Of a DNA stretch of 64,000 nucleotides, positions 1 to 12,973 are shown piece after piece. The notes below the pieces were generated by a model. The model did not search any database and was not told the DNA's origin. It saw nothing but the letters and a program-made list of their open reading frames with translations. Origin of the DNA: Schmidtea nova (lineage: Eukaryota); contig CM097883.1 of NCBI GenBank assembly GCA_044892505.1, forward strand, positions 42,346,001-42,410,000, read 5' to 3'. Made by a program: the position numbers and the translations under genes. Each line of letters starts with the position of its first letter. The stretch's first letter is position 1.

Positions 1-325
1 TTTGTTAAGGAATTCGGCAATGAATTGTCTTTGTTAAGAAATTTGGCAATGAAATGTCTTTGTTAAGGAATTTGGCAATGAAATGTCTTTGTTAAGTTAT
101 TTTGGCAATGATATGTCTTTGTTAAGTTATTTTGGCAATGAAATGTCTTTGTTAAGAAATTTGGCAATGAAATGTCTTTGTTTGGCTTCTTGGCATCGAA
201 ATGTCTTTGTTTAGGTGTTTTGGCATCGAAATGTCTTTGTTTAATTATTATACCAATTAAATGTCTTTGTTAATATTGCACATGGATTGTAATGTCTTTG
301 TTAATATTGCACATGGATTGCAATG
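1..325. repeat. Tandem repeat, 29-30 bp unit (tttgttaagaaatttggcaatgaaatgtc), ~11 copies, degenerating rightwards
   Basis: Unit visible directly; followed by short tttgtgtt(a)n repeats at ~342-437. Confidence 0.9.
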
Positions 326-449
326 TTTCTTGATGACTCATATTTGTGTTAAAAAAAAAAAATTTGTGTTAAAAAAAAAAATTTGTGTTAAAAACAAAAT
401 TGTGTTAAAAAAAAAATTTGTGTTAAAAAAAAAATTTGAACACATATAC

Positions 450-944
450 ACACATGAATATGACCATCATACTCAAATTTCAATTACCTTTTGTTCGATA
501 CATATATTAAATAGTTTTGAACCTTGGACCCTACGAGGGTTGACCATCATACTCAACTCTCAATTACCTTTTGTTTGATATATAACTTGTAATGTTTAAA
601 AATTTTTAAAGGTTTTTGACCCCTTGGAGGTTTAGCATCCACCATAGACCTTCGAAGGTATGACCATTGTGTGCACATCTCAATTACCTTTTGTTTGATA
701 TATATATATATATATTATAAGGTTTGAAAAATTTGAAGGTTTTTGACCCCTTGAAGGTTGAGCACCCACCATTAACCTTTGAAAGTATGACCATGATACT
801 TACATCACCAATGCATTTTGTTTGATATATTACACACAAGGTTTGAAAAAGGTTGAAGGTTTTTGACCCCTTGAAGGTTAAGGACCCTCCATAGACCTTC
901 GAAGGTATGACCATTGTGTGCACATCTCAATTACCTTTTGTTTG

Positions 945-976
<32 letters not shown>

Positions 977-2410
977 GTTTAAAAAAAATTTGAAGGTTTT
1001 TGACCCCTTGAAGGTTCAGGACCCACCATACACCTTTGAGGGTATGACCATTTTACTTACCTCTCAAATACCTTTCGAATGATATATTACACACAAGATT
1101 TGAAAAACTTTGAAGGTTTTGCACCCTTTGAAGGTAGAGCACCCACCATAAACCTTCGAGGGTATGACCAACATACTTACCTCTCAAATACCTTTCGAAT
1201 GATATATTACACACAAGATTTGAAAAAGTTTGAAGGTTTTGCACTTTTTGAAGGTTGAGCACCCACCATAAACCTTCGAGGGTATGACCAACATACTTAC
1301 CTCTCAAATACCTTTCGAATGATATATTACACACAAGGTTTGAAAAAGGTTGAAGGTTTTGGACCCTTTGAAGGTTGAGCACCCACCATACACCTTCAAA
1401 GGTATGACCAACATACCTACCTCTCAAATACCTATCGAATGATATATTACACACAAGGTTTGAAAAAGTTTGAAGGTTTTGCACCCTTTGAAGGTTGAGC
1501 ACCCACCATAAACCTTCGAAAGTATGACCAACATACTTACCTCTCAAATACCTATCGAATGATATATTACACACAAGGTTTGAAAAAGTTTGAAGGTTTT
1601 GCACCCTTTGAAGGTTGAGCACCCACCATACACCTTCGAAGGTATGACCAACATACCTACCTCTCAAATACCTATCGAATGATATATTACACACAAGGTT
1701 TGAAAAAGTTTGAAGGTTTTGCACCCTTTGAAGGTTGAGCACCCACCATAAACCTTCGAAGGTATGACCAACATACCTACCTCTCAAATACCTTTCGAAT
1801 GATATATTACACACAAGGTTTGAAAAAGTTTGAAGGTTTTGCACCCTTTGAAGGTTGAGCACCCACCATAAACCTTCGAGGGTATGACCAACATACTTAC
1901 CTCTCAAATACCTTTCGAATGATATATTACACACAAGGTTTGAAAAAGTTTGAAGGTTTTGCACCCTTTGAAGGTTGAGCACCCACCATAAACCTTCGAG
2001 GGTATGACCAACATACTTACCTCTCAAATACCTTTCGAATGATATATTACACACAAGGTTTGAAAAAGTTTGAAGGTTTTGCACCCTTTGAAGGTTGAGC
2101 ACCCACCATAAACCTTCGAGGGTATGACCAACATACTTACCTCTCAAATACCTTTCGAATGATATATTACACACAAGGTTTGAAAAAGTTTGAAGGTTTT
2201 GCACCCTTTGAAGGTTGAGCACCCACCATAAACCTTCGAGGGTATGACCAACATACTTACCTCTCAAATACCTTTCGAATGATATATTACACACAAGGTT
2301 TGAAAAAGTTTGAAGGTTTTGCACCCTTTGAAGTTTGAGCACCCACCATACACCTTTGAAGGTATGACCATTGTATAGTCCTCTCCAAGACCTTTCGAAT
2401 GATACCCTTG
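450..2410. repeat. 120-bp tandem satellite array (~11.5 homogeneous copies at 1021-2400, degenerate copies at ~450-1020)
   Basis: Lines of the listing repeat with exact 120-nt period; the degenerate left copies are interrupted by (AT)n. Confidence 0.95.
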
Positions 2411-2610
2411 TTTGAAGGTTTGACCTTATTTGACCTTTGGCAATTTAAATTTAAAATTTGAAATGAGTCATCGATGAGTCATGTGATGAGTCATCGATGA
2501 GTCATAACAAAGAAAAAAATGAGTCATCGGGGGGAGGGGGTATGACTGACTCATCGATGACGTCATTTCCTTTGTTCTGCGATGACTCATGGTGCACACT
2601 TCTGTCTACT
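2411..2610. mobile_element. Probable right terminus (TIR) of a Polinton/Maverick-type element
   Basis: Ends ...ctgtctact (reverse complement AGTAGACAG, matching AG-starting Polinton termini); tgacc(t)ttgacc motifs, a G-tract and clustered ATGAGTCAT/TGACGTCA motifs; preceded by subterminal tandem arrays. The partner TIR is not in the window. Confidence 0.4.
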
Positions 2611-4906
2611 CACGTTTGTTCTAAGTGCTAACAAAATAATTTTATTTTTAGCAAATAGATTTCTTTGAAGATCACTCAATTTTATGCTAAATCTTTGTCC
2701 GTCGAATTTAAATCTCTTGAATAAGAAACACTACTTATAACTATTTATGCTTGATTATTTTCCGTGCTCTATTTCATTTAATATATTTAATAATTTAATT
2801 TTCAATATATAATTTTAGTTTATTTTATCTATTCGGCATGCATTAAATACTATTCAAGTAAAAGCCGAATTTCTGCAAGTAATAAATTTCCGTAATTTCC
2901 GTTCAAAGTGAGGATAGTCGGTGTACGTGAGTAGAGTAAGGCTAACTATCTAGATCAAGCCAAATATCCTAGAGTCCCACTTTTTTACAACCCCGACATA
3001 TTTTTTTTAAAAATGTATAATTTATAAAATTTTTCAAAAATTATCCTATTTTTCTTTTTTGAGTAATTTTCTTTTATGAAGAAATCTGTTAAGAATATTT
3101 TAATTTATTATTTATTCATGATTGTGATATAATCTTTGAGAAAATTAATTAATTATTTTTAAATATTTGAAATTTTTAGTAATCTTAAAGAAAATAATTT
3201 TTAAGTGAATTTATTTTAATTGATTAGGGTAATATCATTGACGATAAAATTATGGGGGAATAAATATTGAATTTATTTTTAGTGGAACTGCCGATGAAAT
3301 CTTTTTAGACGGAGTAAATACTTTTTAAAATGGCGTAAGTCCGTTAGGACAAGGTAAATTTCAAAGAGGAAAAACATTCGAAAGAGGAAATTACTAAAGG
3401 AAGAAATGCCGTTTAAAAAGAAAGTTCTGTTTTAATGGAGAATTATTAAACGGTAAATTCATGCAAATGAGGAAATTTGCAAAAAGCGAAACATTTTTCA
3501 GACAGAAATAATCATTGTGAAATAAATTTTAATGGTGAATCTTTGAGTTTTATGTCTATTGAAGAGGATTTCGATGAGTTTTATTCCATAGCCACTTATT
3601 CCATTATTTAGCAATTTTTATGAAATATTTAAAGTATATCTGCCCACATGGGGTTTTGAAGAGTTGAAGTCGATTGTGATTAAATTCATTAAAATATAGT
3701 ACTTTTTAACAATTTTTATGAAAGATTTAAGTCAACTAATAATTTGAATGTCGATATTAGGTAAAATGTTGGTGATAATTCATTGACTAATTATATTTCT
3801 TTTAAATAATTGTATATTTACTGCAATGATATTTTTAATTCGTAAGATTCATTGGGTTTTAATTATGAAATATTTTGACTATATTTTGAAAATAAAAAAT
3901 ATTTTTTTCAAATAATTTGACTATATTTTGAGTATGAAATTAAAAAGTAAAATCAGTTTTAGTTCCTAAAATATTTACATTAAACTTCCGTTCATTTAAA
4001 TAAAGATTTCATTAGTAAGTAATCAAATTCAAGAATTATTATATTTTTTTTTCAAAGGTTGATTTCTTTGTAATTGTCTTTTTGTGGAAATTACGTAACA
4101 AATTATTCATAAATAGATAAATTTCCTCTAAAACTGTCAAGAAATATCTTTGGAAGTTATTTGAATTTCTATTTGTTTACTCTAAAGTTATTATAATCAC
4201 TGCATTCATCTGAACTTTAGCCATAACCTTTCATTAAATTTACATCAGTTTCAATCTAAAAGATATTTTAAATTTACTGAAATCAATAGTTTGCATTAAA
4301 TATTAATTGATAAAAAATAGGTTGAATATTTAAAATAGAATCAATGTGTATTTCTAAAATATTAATTATGTTTAAATTTAGTTAGAATAACTGCATTTGA
4401 TTTTAGCAAAAGTTTTATTATTTAGAATAAATTTTATTTTAATTTTAATTTAATTATAATATTATGATTTAATTTCAATATAGAATTAATAATAATTTAA
4501 TTTTTGATATCGAATTAATTATTCTGTATGATAATTACTGAATTTAATTTTCAATGCCGAAGAAAAGTATTGGTAAATATAGTTAAGAATCTGGTTATTT
4601 AATTCCTCAACAAATTAGAAAGATCGATTTTTCGCCATTTTTCTTTTAATTATTTTTAAAAATTATTAATTAATTATCGATGTTTTCATTATTTTTTAAA
4701 ATTTACTAAAATTAATTGAAAATCATTCAATTTTATGCAGGACTGGATATAAATAGTTTAAATGCGATGACTTTTTAAATCTTTTATTGTAAATCCTTCG
4801 AATAAAATTTTTGAATATTGTGAATTATTTTTTTATCATTCTTAGATCATACAGATATTGCTTATGTCAGAACCCTAATTTATTAATATGAGCTGTAGTG
4901 CCTTCG

Positions 4907-4908
<2 letters not shown>

Positions 4909-4975
<67 letters not shown>
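4909..4975. repeat. (AT)n microsatellite
   Basis: Direct. Confidence 0.95.
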
Positions 4976-4976
<1 letters not shown>

Positions 4977-5112
4977 TTATTTTTTTACATTTTATATTAT
5001 TGTTAGATATCATATATTTTTACATTTTAAAGTACTGTAGTATATTAAATATATGTTTATATAATTAAATTTAACATAGTTATGTATATAAATATTAATA
5101 GTTGTTGTTTAA

Positions 5113-5340
5113 CCCGTTAACGCCCAATTTAAAAATTAAATTAAATTAATTTTAAATAATGTCAAATTAAATAATTTTTTCTCAAAATCTATTTTCAGAA
5201 CTGAGATAAAAATATCATACTTAGTTCAGTGTAGACTAAAGGACAAAATAATATTTTTTATATTGAATTTGAACATTATTTAATTGCTTAAAAAAATAAA
5301 ATCCTGGCGTCTTATAAATAGGACGCTGGGCTATAACGGG
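5113..5340. mobile_element. piggyBac-type MITE, 228 bp
   Basis: TTAA on both sides (5109-5112, 5341-5344); TIRs cccgttaacgccca / tgggctataacggg (12/14 match) with CCC...GGG ends. Confidence 0.75.
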
Positions 5341-6984
5341 TTAAATTTACAAAAGGAAGAGGGAAATTAAAATATAAACCGACATTTACAAAATTATAAA
5401 GCAAAGCAGCAGATTCAAAATAACAGTTTTATTCACTATTAGCAGCAAGCAAATTTAGATTCAAAATAGCAGTTTTATTCAATATTAAGCAGCAAATTCA
5501 AATTCAAAAATAGCAGTTTTATTTCATTATGAAGAAGGAAGCAATTCAAATCGGAATGCACAGACATTTTTATATAAATAAATGTTTATTTTTGATAGTA
5601 ATTTATTTCAGGGTTACTACACGATCTATTGAAGAAAACTAATTATAAATATGAATAAAAAAGGTATCAAACTTTGAGAAATGTAAAGTAAATCCGTTAT
5701 GTCTCAATGTATTTGTCTTGTGTAATATTTGACATTAAAACCTTCGATTATCATGAATCAAATCAAGGATCGAGGATGATGAAATACTAATTATTTTGGT
5801 AAACATTAACTAATGTTTTATCATGTATGCATAATATGTTTATATGTTTTTCATTGAGTTGTTTGTGTTGCAAAATTTTTATATATACAAGTTTATTATT
5901 TATTTATTTATTATTTATTTATCAAAATGACTAAAGAATAAGATAGTTAGTTTTTTATATTCTTAATTTAATTTATCTTTATTTTATTATTTTAGGAACA
6001 TTTTTTAACGCACTGATTGATACTGGTTTAGGCTGTATCCTAATGAAATAAAATATTTGGTCTTTTGGGCACCGGAATTGGTAAAATTCAAGATCGCATT
6101 TATTACTGGGCTCAATATCGAACAAATACTAGAAGAACACAAAATATATTTAGATATGACATCATATTAAAACCATTTCTTTGCATTCTTTGTAAATGCT
6201 GCCAGGATGTGAAGCTTTTAAAAGATAATGAGATGCTTCTTTAAGCTCTCGAAAGATAGCATATAGATCATTTGATTAACTAATATAACTTTATTGTCAT
6301 ATTTTAGCATTTTATTCTCATATTTTGATTCAATTTTGTTTGTTTTTATATATTTTAAATGTTTTTAGGTGCATTTGATTTTATTGGTTTAAATATTTTA
6401 GAATATTTAACTTGTGTTCAAATTTTGTTTGGTTATTTACTTGTATTATAAAAAGGTTTTTTGTGATTGTAAAGGTTATATCAACACTGTTGTTATTTTT
6501 ATTATCTTTATCATGATTAATATTGTCGTCGCTTTTATTATCACGGTCGTCCTTGTGAACACAGGGTAACCCACTTTAATTTTGTTTTGATGTGGTTGGC
6601 AATTTTGTCGAGGAAATAATTTTAAATAATAATAAATTAGAAATTCAAATAAAAAAATCAATAAAAATTCTTATAAAAAAATAAATATTTAATGATAAGA
6701 TTTTGATTAAAGAAAAAATTAACTATTGAAATTAAAAAAAGCTTATTTTCCGATTTTGCTATAAAAGTGAGTAAAAGTATCTTCACTCATAATGTCAATT
6801 ATATTTAAAAACAATGCTTCACTTTTTCAATCCTTAATATTAAAACAATATTATTATTTTAATATTGACACATTTCATAACTTTCCCCTCTTCAATTTGA
6901 TTTCCATCTCTTCAACCATTCGATTCGTCTCGTCTTTACTGAGTTTTGGAATTGTAGTGCTACTTGTCTTGGTGACAAAAAATT

Positions 6985-9134
6985 TTAAAATTTCAAAAGG
7001 TCCTTCGTACTGTTCGCCATTTTTTCCCGTTTGTTTGGCTCAATTCTTACTAATACTCTCTTTCTCACCTTGAAGAGCCTTGTTCCTCGTTTGTTTATGT
7101 CTCTTTCTTGCATAGAAGTAGCAGCTTTATCTAAATTTGATTTTGTCGTATGTAGTACCTCATCTTTCATTTGCTGTACATATCCTGGACTAGAAAACAA
7201 ATTAATTTTCCTACCGTAGACTATTTCAAAGGGTGAGAAATTTGTTGTACTTTGTTTCGTCGCATTGAGACAAAATTCAATTCTCGGTAATATCTCGTCA
7301 TTATGTTTCGTTTGGCATTGACTGCACAAGTTATTTTTTATTCTAGATAAGCCATCAGCATTTCCATGATCTTCTCCTTTTCTGTACTGTAACTCGAAAT
7401 TATACTCTGACAAATTAGCCATCCAATTTTGAAACTGAGGGCTAATTGGCTTCCTCGTGTCCTTCATGAATGTTAAAGCTTTGTGGTCGGTTCTTGCGAC
7501 GAATTCTTTACCATATAAATACTGTTTGAAATTTACAATGAACTCATGGAGTGCTAATAATTCTTTTCTTGATACACAATAACCCATTTCGTGAGTCGTC
7601 AGATGTCTTGATGCGTATGCTATGACGACTTTCCTGCCTTCTTCATTAATCTGGCTTAATACTGCTCCTACGGCTCCAAAACTTGCATCTGTATCAATGA
7701 TAAACTTTCGATCTGATCTCAGAAATTCTAAAATCGGTGCTTCACATAACACCTTCTTTAAGTTATTAAAACTAATGTTACATTCTTCTGACCATATAAC
7801 TTTCTTTTCACCACCTGATGTTGCTGCGTATAACGGTGCTGCAATCTTTGCATAATTTTTTATAAATCGACGGGAATAGTTTGTGAGTCCTAAAAACGCC
7901 CTGAGTTGTGATACACATTCTGGTACTGCTGAATTTTCAATTTCGCTTATTTTTTTTTATTTGTCTGAACACCTTCACCACTGACTGTATGGCCAATAAA
8001 GTTGATTTCCGCCTTATTGAACGAGCACTTTTCCGTGTTAATTCTCAAACCTGTGTTTCTTATCCGTGTTAATACCTCCAACAACAGTTTATCGTGATCA
8101 ATTTGATTATTTGCGTAAACTAGTATATCATCCAAATATACAACAACTCCTTTGAAAATAAGCCCTTCCAGTATTTTATGCATTAATCTTTGAAAAGTTG
8201 CTGGTGCTGTCGATAATCCAAATGGTAGTCGATTAAAACAGAATTGTCCTTCCTTAGTACTAAACGCCGTCTAATTTTGTGAATCCTTCTGCAATTCGAC
8301 TTGGTAGTACGCTTGTCCTAGATCAATTGCTGTAAATATCTTTGACTTACTTAAACAATCCAGTAATAACTGCATATCGGGCATTGGAAACGAAATGTTT
8401 TCCGTTACTGAATTCAATCTTCGAAAATCCAAACACATGCGGATCGAACCATCCTTCTTTCCAACAATCACTAAAGGTGAATTCCAAGGACTTTGGCATC
8501 TTCTAATAACGCCTGCCTCCAATAAGTTTGATATTAATTCGTCAATTGTCGTTTCTAAGTGCATTGGTTGTCTGCGTGGATTCTGTAATATCGGAGGTCC
8601 TATTGTTTTTATTTCGTGTTCTATTAAACGTGTATGGCCAAGATCGAATCGCGATGCAATGAAAATATCGCTAAAGTCTGAAATAATTTTACTTAGTGAT
8701 GAGTTATTCTCGCATTTAATATATTGCAGAGCCTTATCTCTTCTCTCTTCATTTGTGAATGTTAATTTTGTTAACGAAGCTCCAATATTATTTACCTCTT
8801 TCAATTCTAGACCGAACTGCTTCATGGTGTCAACACCGCCTATGAAATCTGGACATATCTTCTTCACAACAACAATATCAAGATTTTTAGACTTTTTGTT
8901 CCATTTCGCATTAACCTTTATACTTCCTAATGGCATTTCATTTTCTTTCGAAAATACACCACTCAAAACTATTTTGCTACTTATCAGTGGTGGACAGCCA
9001 ATATGTTTCCAATAATCTTCACTTATTACGCTAATTGACGCACCAGAATCCCACAACATATCAACTTCTACTTCATTTAGAATAATTCTACTCCAAATCC
9101 TACCATCTTCCTTCATATACATCACATCCTTCAT
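6985..9134 (-). pseudogene. pol of the 6770-10457 element (PR-RT-RNase H, integrase remnant), disrupted
   Basis: LWDSGAS protease, SPWNSPLVIV..KKDGSIRMCLDFRRLN, VYLDD, DTDAS..AVGAVLSQ, RTDHKAL, ADGLSR; several frameshifts and stops. Confidence 0.9.
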
Positions 9135-9160
9135 AACTCCATTTCGATTTCTTGATTGTC

Positions 9161-10170
9161 CTATTGACTCGACCCCACCGACGAAATGTGTACGACAGGG
9201 TCGAATTGGTTTTTTTGATACTCTACATCATGTAAAAGAGGTTCATTGATTATTTCTGAATCATCTTGTTCTTCATCGTGTATACAATATACTTGGTGCT
9301 GTTTCCTTTCGAAATTCTTCTTAATCACATGGCAGTCTCTAAACGTGTGTCCGGTTTTGCCACAAATCAAGCATCTATCTTTCAAAGGACACTGAAATCG
9401 TAAATGAATGCTCTCCCCGCAACATAAACACTGGCCCGGTTTCAAATTATCTTCTTTCGGCTCTGGTAATCCACAACATCTTTTATAAAGTCTCCTTGCA
9501 ATATGCTTCATCGATACGGTTGGTAATTGTCTTCTTTCTTCATATTCATTCGTTTTTCTGTCTCTCTGATCTTCTGATATAGGTTTACTGCTATTAAATT
9601 GCTTATCTTGATATGTTATATTGCGCTGATGGTTTGGTTCAAATACTCTGTTATTTTGAACTATTGCTTTTGGTTTGTTTTTATGCTCCCACTGAGTATT
9701 TCGTTCTCGAACCGCATTTGCATATGACCTTCTATCCACTGCTTGAATTTCTTCAATACGCACGTTTCTTTCCGCGATATCGTTTGATTCAAATACCTTT
9801 GCTAATGTTCGCATTTCTTCTCTTGACATTTTGGCATTAGAAACAAAATTCTCCTTAAACCGTTCATTGTGGACCCTATTGGTAACAATATTTCTCACAA
9901 TTTCTTATCTGGATAATCCACAATCGAAAATATCATCAAGTAATTTTTTTACTCTAATTTCAAAAGTTGCAAATCTTTCTTTTTTTGTTCAACTCTTGCT
10001 AAATCACATATTCTATCAGTGATCGACTCTTTCTTTGTGAATGTGTCACTGAACCATTCTTTTGCCTCTTTATCGGTAATATTTGGAATTTTATAATCCT
10101 TCCATAACATACCAACTTCTTCTGACAATAATAAATCAAAAATGCTTACTAAACTCAACTCGTTCATCAT
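9161..10170 (-). pseudogene. gag of the 6770-10457 element (frameshifted; two CCHC-type knuckles)
   Basis: CLCCGESIHLRFQC and CLICGKTGHTFRDC; split across ORFs 9949-10170 and 9161-9898. Confidence 0.8.
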
Positions 10171-10689
10171 AAGCTAATCTTCGATATCTTTCATCCACAG
10201 TTCTGCTTCTGCTGTATTTCTTCCATTGAATTTCCTGACATTAAAATTCAGGATATCCCGTGCTTGTTTTGGAAGTGACTCTAAGATGAGTTTCTGTTGT
10301 TGCCTTGTCACTGCTTAAATTGTTTCCACCTTTGCGTGGTCGCCAGTAAAAGTATCTTCACTCATAATGTAAATTATATTAAAAAACAATTCTTCAATTT
10401 TTTAATCGTTAATATTAAAACAATATTATTATTTTAATATTGACACATTTCATAACTAAGTGAATTTAAAAACTGGAAAGGAGCAATCCCTGGATTTATT
10501 ATCATTCAAAATCACGAATTTGGATCAACTGAAATTTAAGATTCGTCAAATTGGAAAATCCGGAAACTTTAGAAAACTCTAGTTAGGGATTCAAAAGAAC
10601 TAACTAACAAAATTCAAGTAAATTTACAAAAGAAACTTCAGCTACTAATTCAAAAGAACGAACAGAGAAATTTAAAGAATTACGTGAGT

Positions 10690-10785
10690 ACAAGCTTTTC
10701 TACCATTGTTACTAAATAATAAAAGTGGTTCTACAGTTGTTGTTTTTAGTTCTTTTGTTGTTAATACGCATTTACAACATTCACA
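10690..10785 (-). mobile_element. Fragment of another LTR element (LTR 3' end ...TAACA followed by PBS-like TGGTAGAAAAGC), running into the gap
   Basis: + strand gcttttctacca t tgttac; no coding sequence or partner LTR visible. Confidence 0.35.
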
Positions 10786-11185
10786 NNNNNNNNNNNNNNN
10801 NNNNNNNNNNNNNNNNNNNNNNNNNNNNNNNNNNNNNNNNNNNNNNNNNNNNNNNNNNNNNNNNNNNNNNNNNNNNNNNNNNNNNNNNNNNNNNNNNNNN
10901 NNNNNNNNNNNNNNNNNNNNNNNNNNNNNNNNNTGAATAGTTTCTGGTTAATTTTATGTCTAGGATGGATGTGTATTGTGTGATAGACTGATGTTGTGTG
11001 GGAGAAGTTGTAGAGCCCGAGAGTCTTCCAAAAACCGTGTGGAGACATTCGGGAGACATTCCAAGGTTTCTATAGTTTTATTTTTAGCAGGATTAATTTT
11101 CTCTTTGATAGAATATTATCTTCTGTTATTTTCTTAAAATTTCTCTGTACTCTGAATCTAATTTAGTTGATTTTCTTATGGGTAT

Positions 11186-12973
11186 TGTAGTGCCTCCGTT
11201 ATTTATATATTAGTGTAATATTTTTATATATAGAAATTCAATTAAATATTATATATATATATATATTAAAATCAAATATTAATTTATATATACAAATAAA
11301 AAAGCGATTGTTTAAATAACTAAAAACGACATTTTTCTCTCTTTTTCAAAAACCAAGAATCAAGCAAGAAAACAACAATCCATTAAACATCAATTTCCGA
11401 AGCACAATAATAGATCATCAGTTTCAAGAAAACAACAATCCAAAAATCATCAATACTTCGAAGCAACAACGATATTGGAATTTGAATAAATGTTTACTTA
11501 TTTTTTAGCTTTATTGTGTTTTATTTCAGTAGCTAAAAATTGTGTCAGAAATCCTCCTGATGACAATCAAACAGGACTAGTTACAAAAAAATAAATGAAC
11601 CAATCACCACAACAAATGAACCAATTACCACAACAAATGAATCAAATAATTCCAATAAACAATCGGTTTAAAGAAAATTCCGCCGAAGATAGCTCTTTAC
11701 AATTCATGCAAGCTCAATTGAATATGCAAAGCCAAATGCCACCCGCGAGAAGTGGCTACCAAAATTTTCCCAATTCTCACATTCCATTTTCAAATACAAC
11801 CGGGAACTTCCGACAAGAAAGACCTCAAATGAATGAATTCAATGATCCAAGTTGTCACAAATCACGGCCAATGAAGAATCCGATGCTCAACAATGTGAAT
11901 CCCAATAACCGGCGTCCTTTCCACCAGGAATTCAATAAACCGAACAAGCACAATCGGCATAATTCCTACAATAATCGGCCATTTAATAGCAACAACAAAA
12001 GAAACAAATATTTCAATAATCAATCTTCAGTAATCAATCTTCAACGGCGAGTAATATTTTAAATTTGTACTATTAATTAATTATTAATTATACGTATTCC
12101 TCTTAAATTACATAATATTATATATATTATCTATCATAATTATAAAATTTTATGCTATACAATTTTTCTACTCTCCCATTAAAATCAATACTAGTAATCC
12201 TACTCAATCCACCATGTACAACAACGATTCTGTCGCCAGTCCCCCAACATATGCTCTAACGCGCTTTAACCACAAAACACGCCAAATCCACATTTTCACG
12301 GATTTGCGCACCGATATCGCCACCTCTCATCTGATTAATAGGAATGATTTTTACATGACGTACAACGGTTTCCAAGTTTCATCACTCACCGACATTTTCA
12401 CCTAATGCTATCATAGAAATTCATTGCCACGTTTTAAGAGGCGTTCGGCCCTCTACAGAACAGTCTTATTCATCCACTTCACGTCCAATTTTGTTCTTTT
12501 TGGATCCCGACGGCACACCCTCGTCGTGGTTCCGCATTTTCGAATCGCGCATGTCTTCCTTTCTGAAATCAAGCGCCGATTACTTACTCGACAGCCTACC
12601 ATCTGAGGTGATAGCCAAGCTTGCCATTAAATATAGAAATTCAAATAAATATTATATCATTATCTATATATATATATTAAAATCAAATATTAATTTATAT
12701 ATACAAATAAAAAAAGCGATTGTTTAAATAACTAAAAACGACATTTTCTCTCTTTTTCAAAAACCAAGAATCAAGCAAGAAAACAACAATCCAAAAATCA
12801 TCAATTTCCAAAGCACAATAATAAATCATCAATTTCCCAAGCACAATAATAGATCATCAGTTTCCAGGCAACAACAACCCAAAAATCATCAATAATTCGA
12901 AGCAACAACGACATTGGAATTTGAATAAATGTTTACTTTTTTTAGCTTTTTTGTGTTTTATTTCAGTAGCTAA
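11186..12973 (+). mobile_element. Non-autonomous, internally deleted LTR element, 1788 bp
   Basis: Direct repeats 11186-11536 and ~12631-12973 (right copy 5'-truncated); GGGTAT duplicated at 11180-11185 and 12974-12979; PBS-like ttgtgtcagaa (tRNA-Leu type) after the left LTR; gag-like remnants inside. Confidence 0.75.
11595..12062 (+). CDS. N/Q-rich low-complexity ORF (155 aa) inside the non-autonomous LTR element, probably gag-derived
   Basis: ORF track; lies just after the PBS; a second remnant (DPDGTPSSWFRIFESRM, 12491-12630) resembles a retrotransposon Gag N-terminus. Confidence 0.4.
   Translation: MNQSPQQMNQLPQQMNQIIPINNRFKENSAEDSSLQFMQAQLNMQSQMPPARSGYQNFPNSHIPFSNTTGNFRQERPQMNEFNDPSCHKSRPMKNPMLNNVNPNNRRPFHQEFNKPNKHNRHNSYNNRPFNSNNKRNKYFNNQSSVINLQRRVIF

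Larger units (their letters stand above)
4894..5621 (+). mobile_element. Solo LTR (TGTAGT...ACTACA) containing an (AT)n tract and a nested MITE
   Basis: 6-bp terminal inverted repeat TGTAGT/ACTACA; aataaatgttta...tttatttcag near the 3' end and tgtagtgcc start are shared with the LTR at 11186; TSD only partly conserved (tgagc/cgatc). Confidence 0.55.
6770..10457 (-). mobile_element. Ty3/Gypsy LTR retrotransposon, 3688 bp, decayed, integrase core deleted
   Basis: 113-bp LTRs at 6770-6882 and 10345-10457 (~6 mismatches); AAGTG TSD at 6765-6769 and 10458-10462; PBS TGGCGACCAC (minus strand, 10335-10344 region); PPT gaagaggggaa (6883-6893). Confidence 0.93.

Noticed and set aside
1-325. CRISPR-like regular ~30-bp repeats
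   Set aside because: Head-to-tail repeats with no unique spacers, in eukaryotic DNA with no cas genes.
1053-2342. 429-aa ORF of 40-aa repeats
   Set aside because: By-product of a 120-bp (divisible by 3) satellite lacking a stop in one frame; no ATG start and no unique domain.
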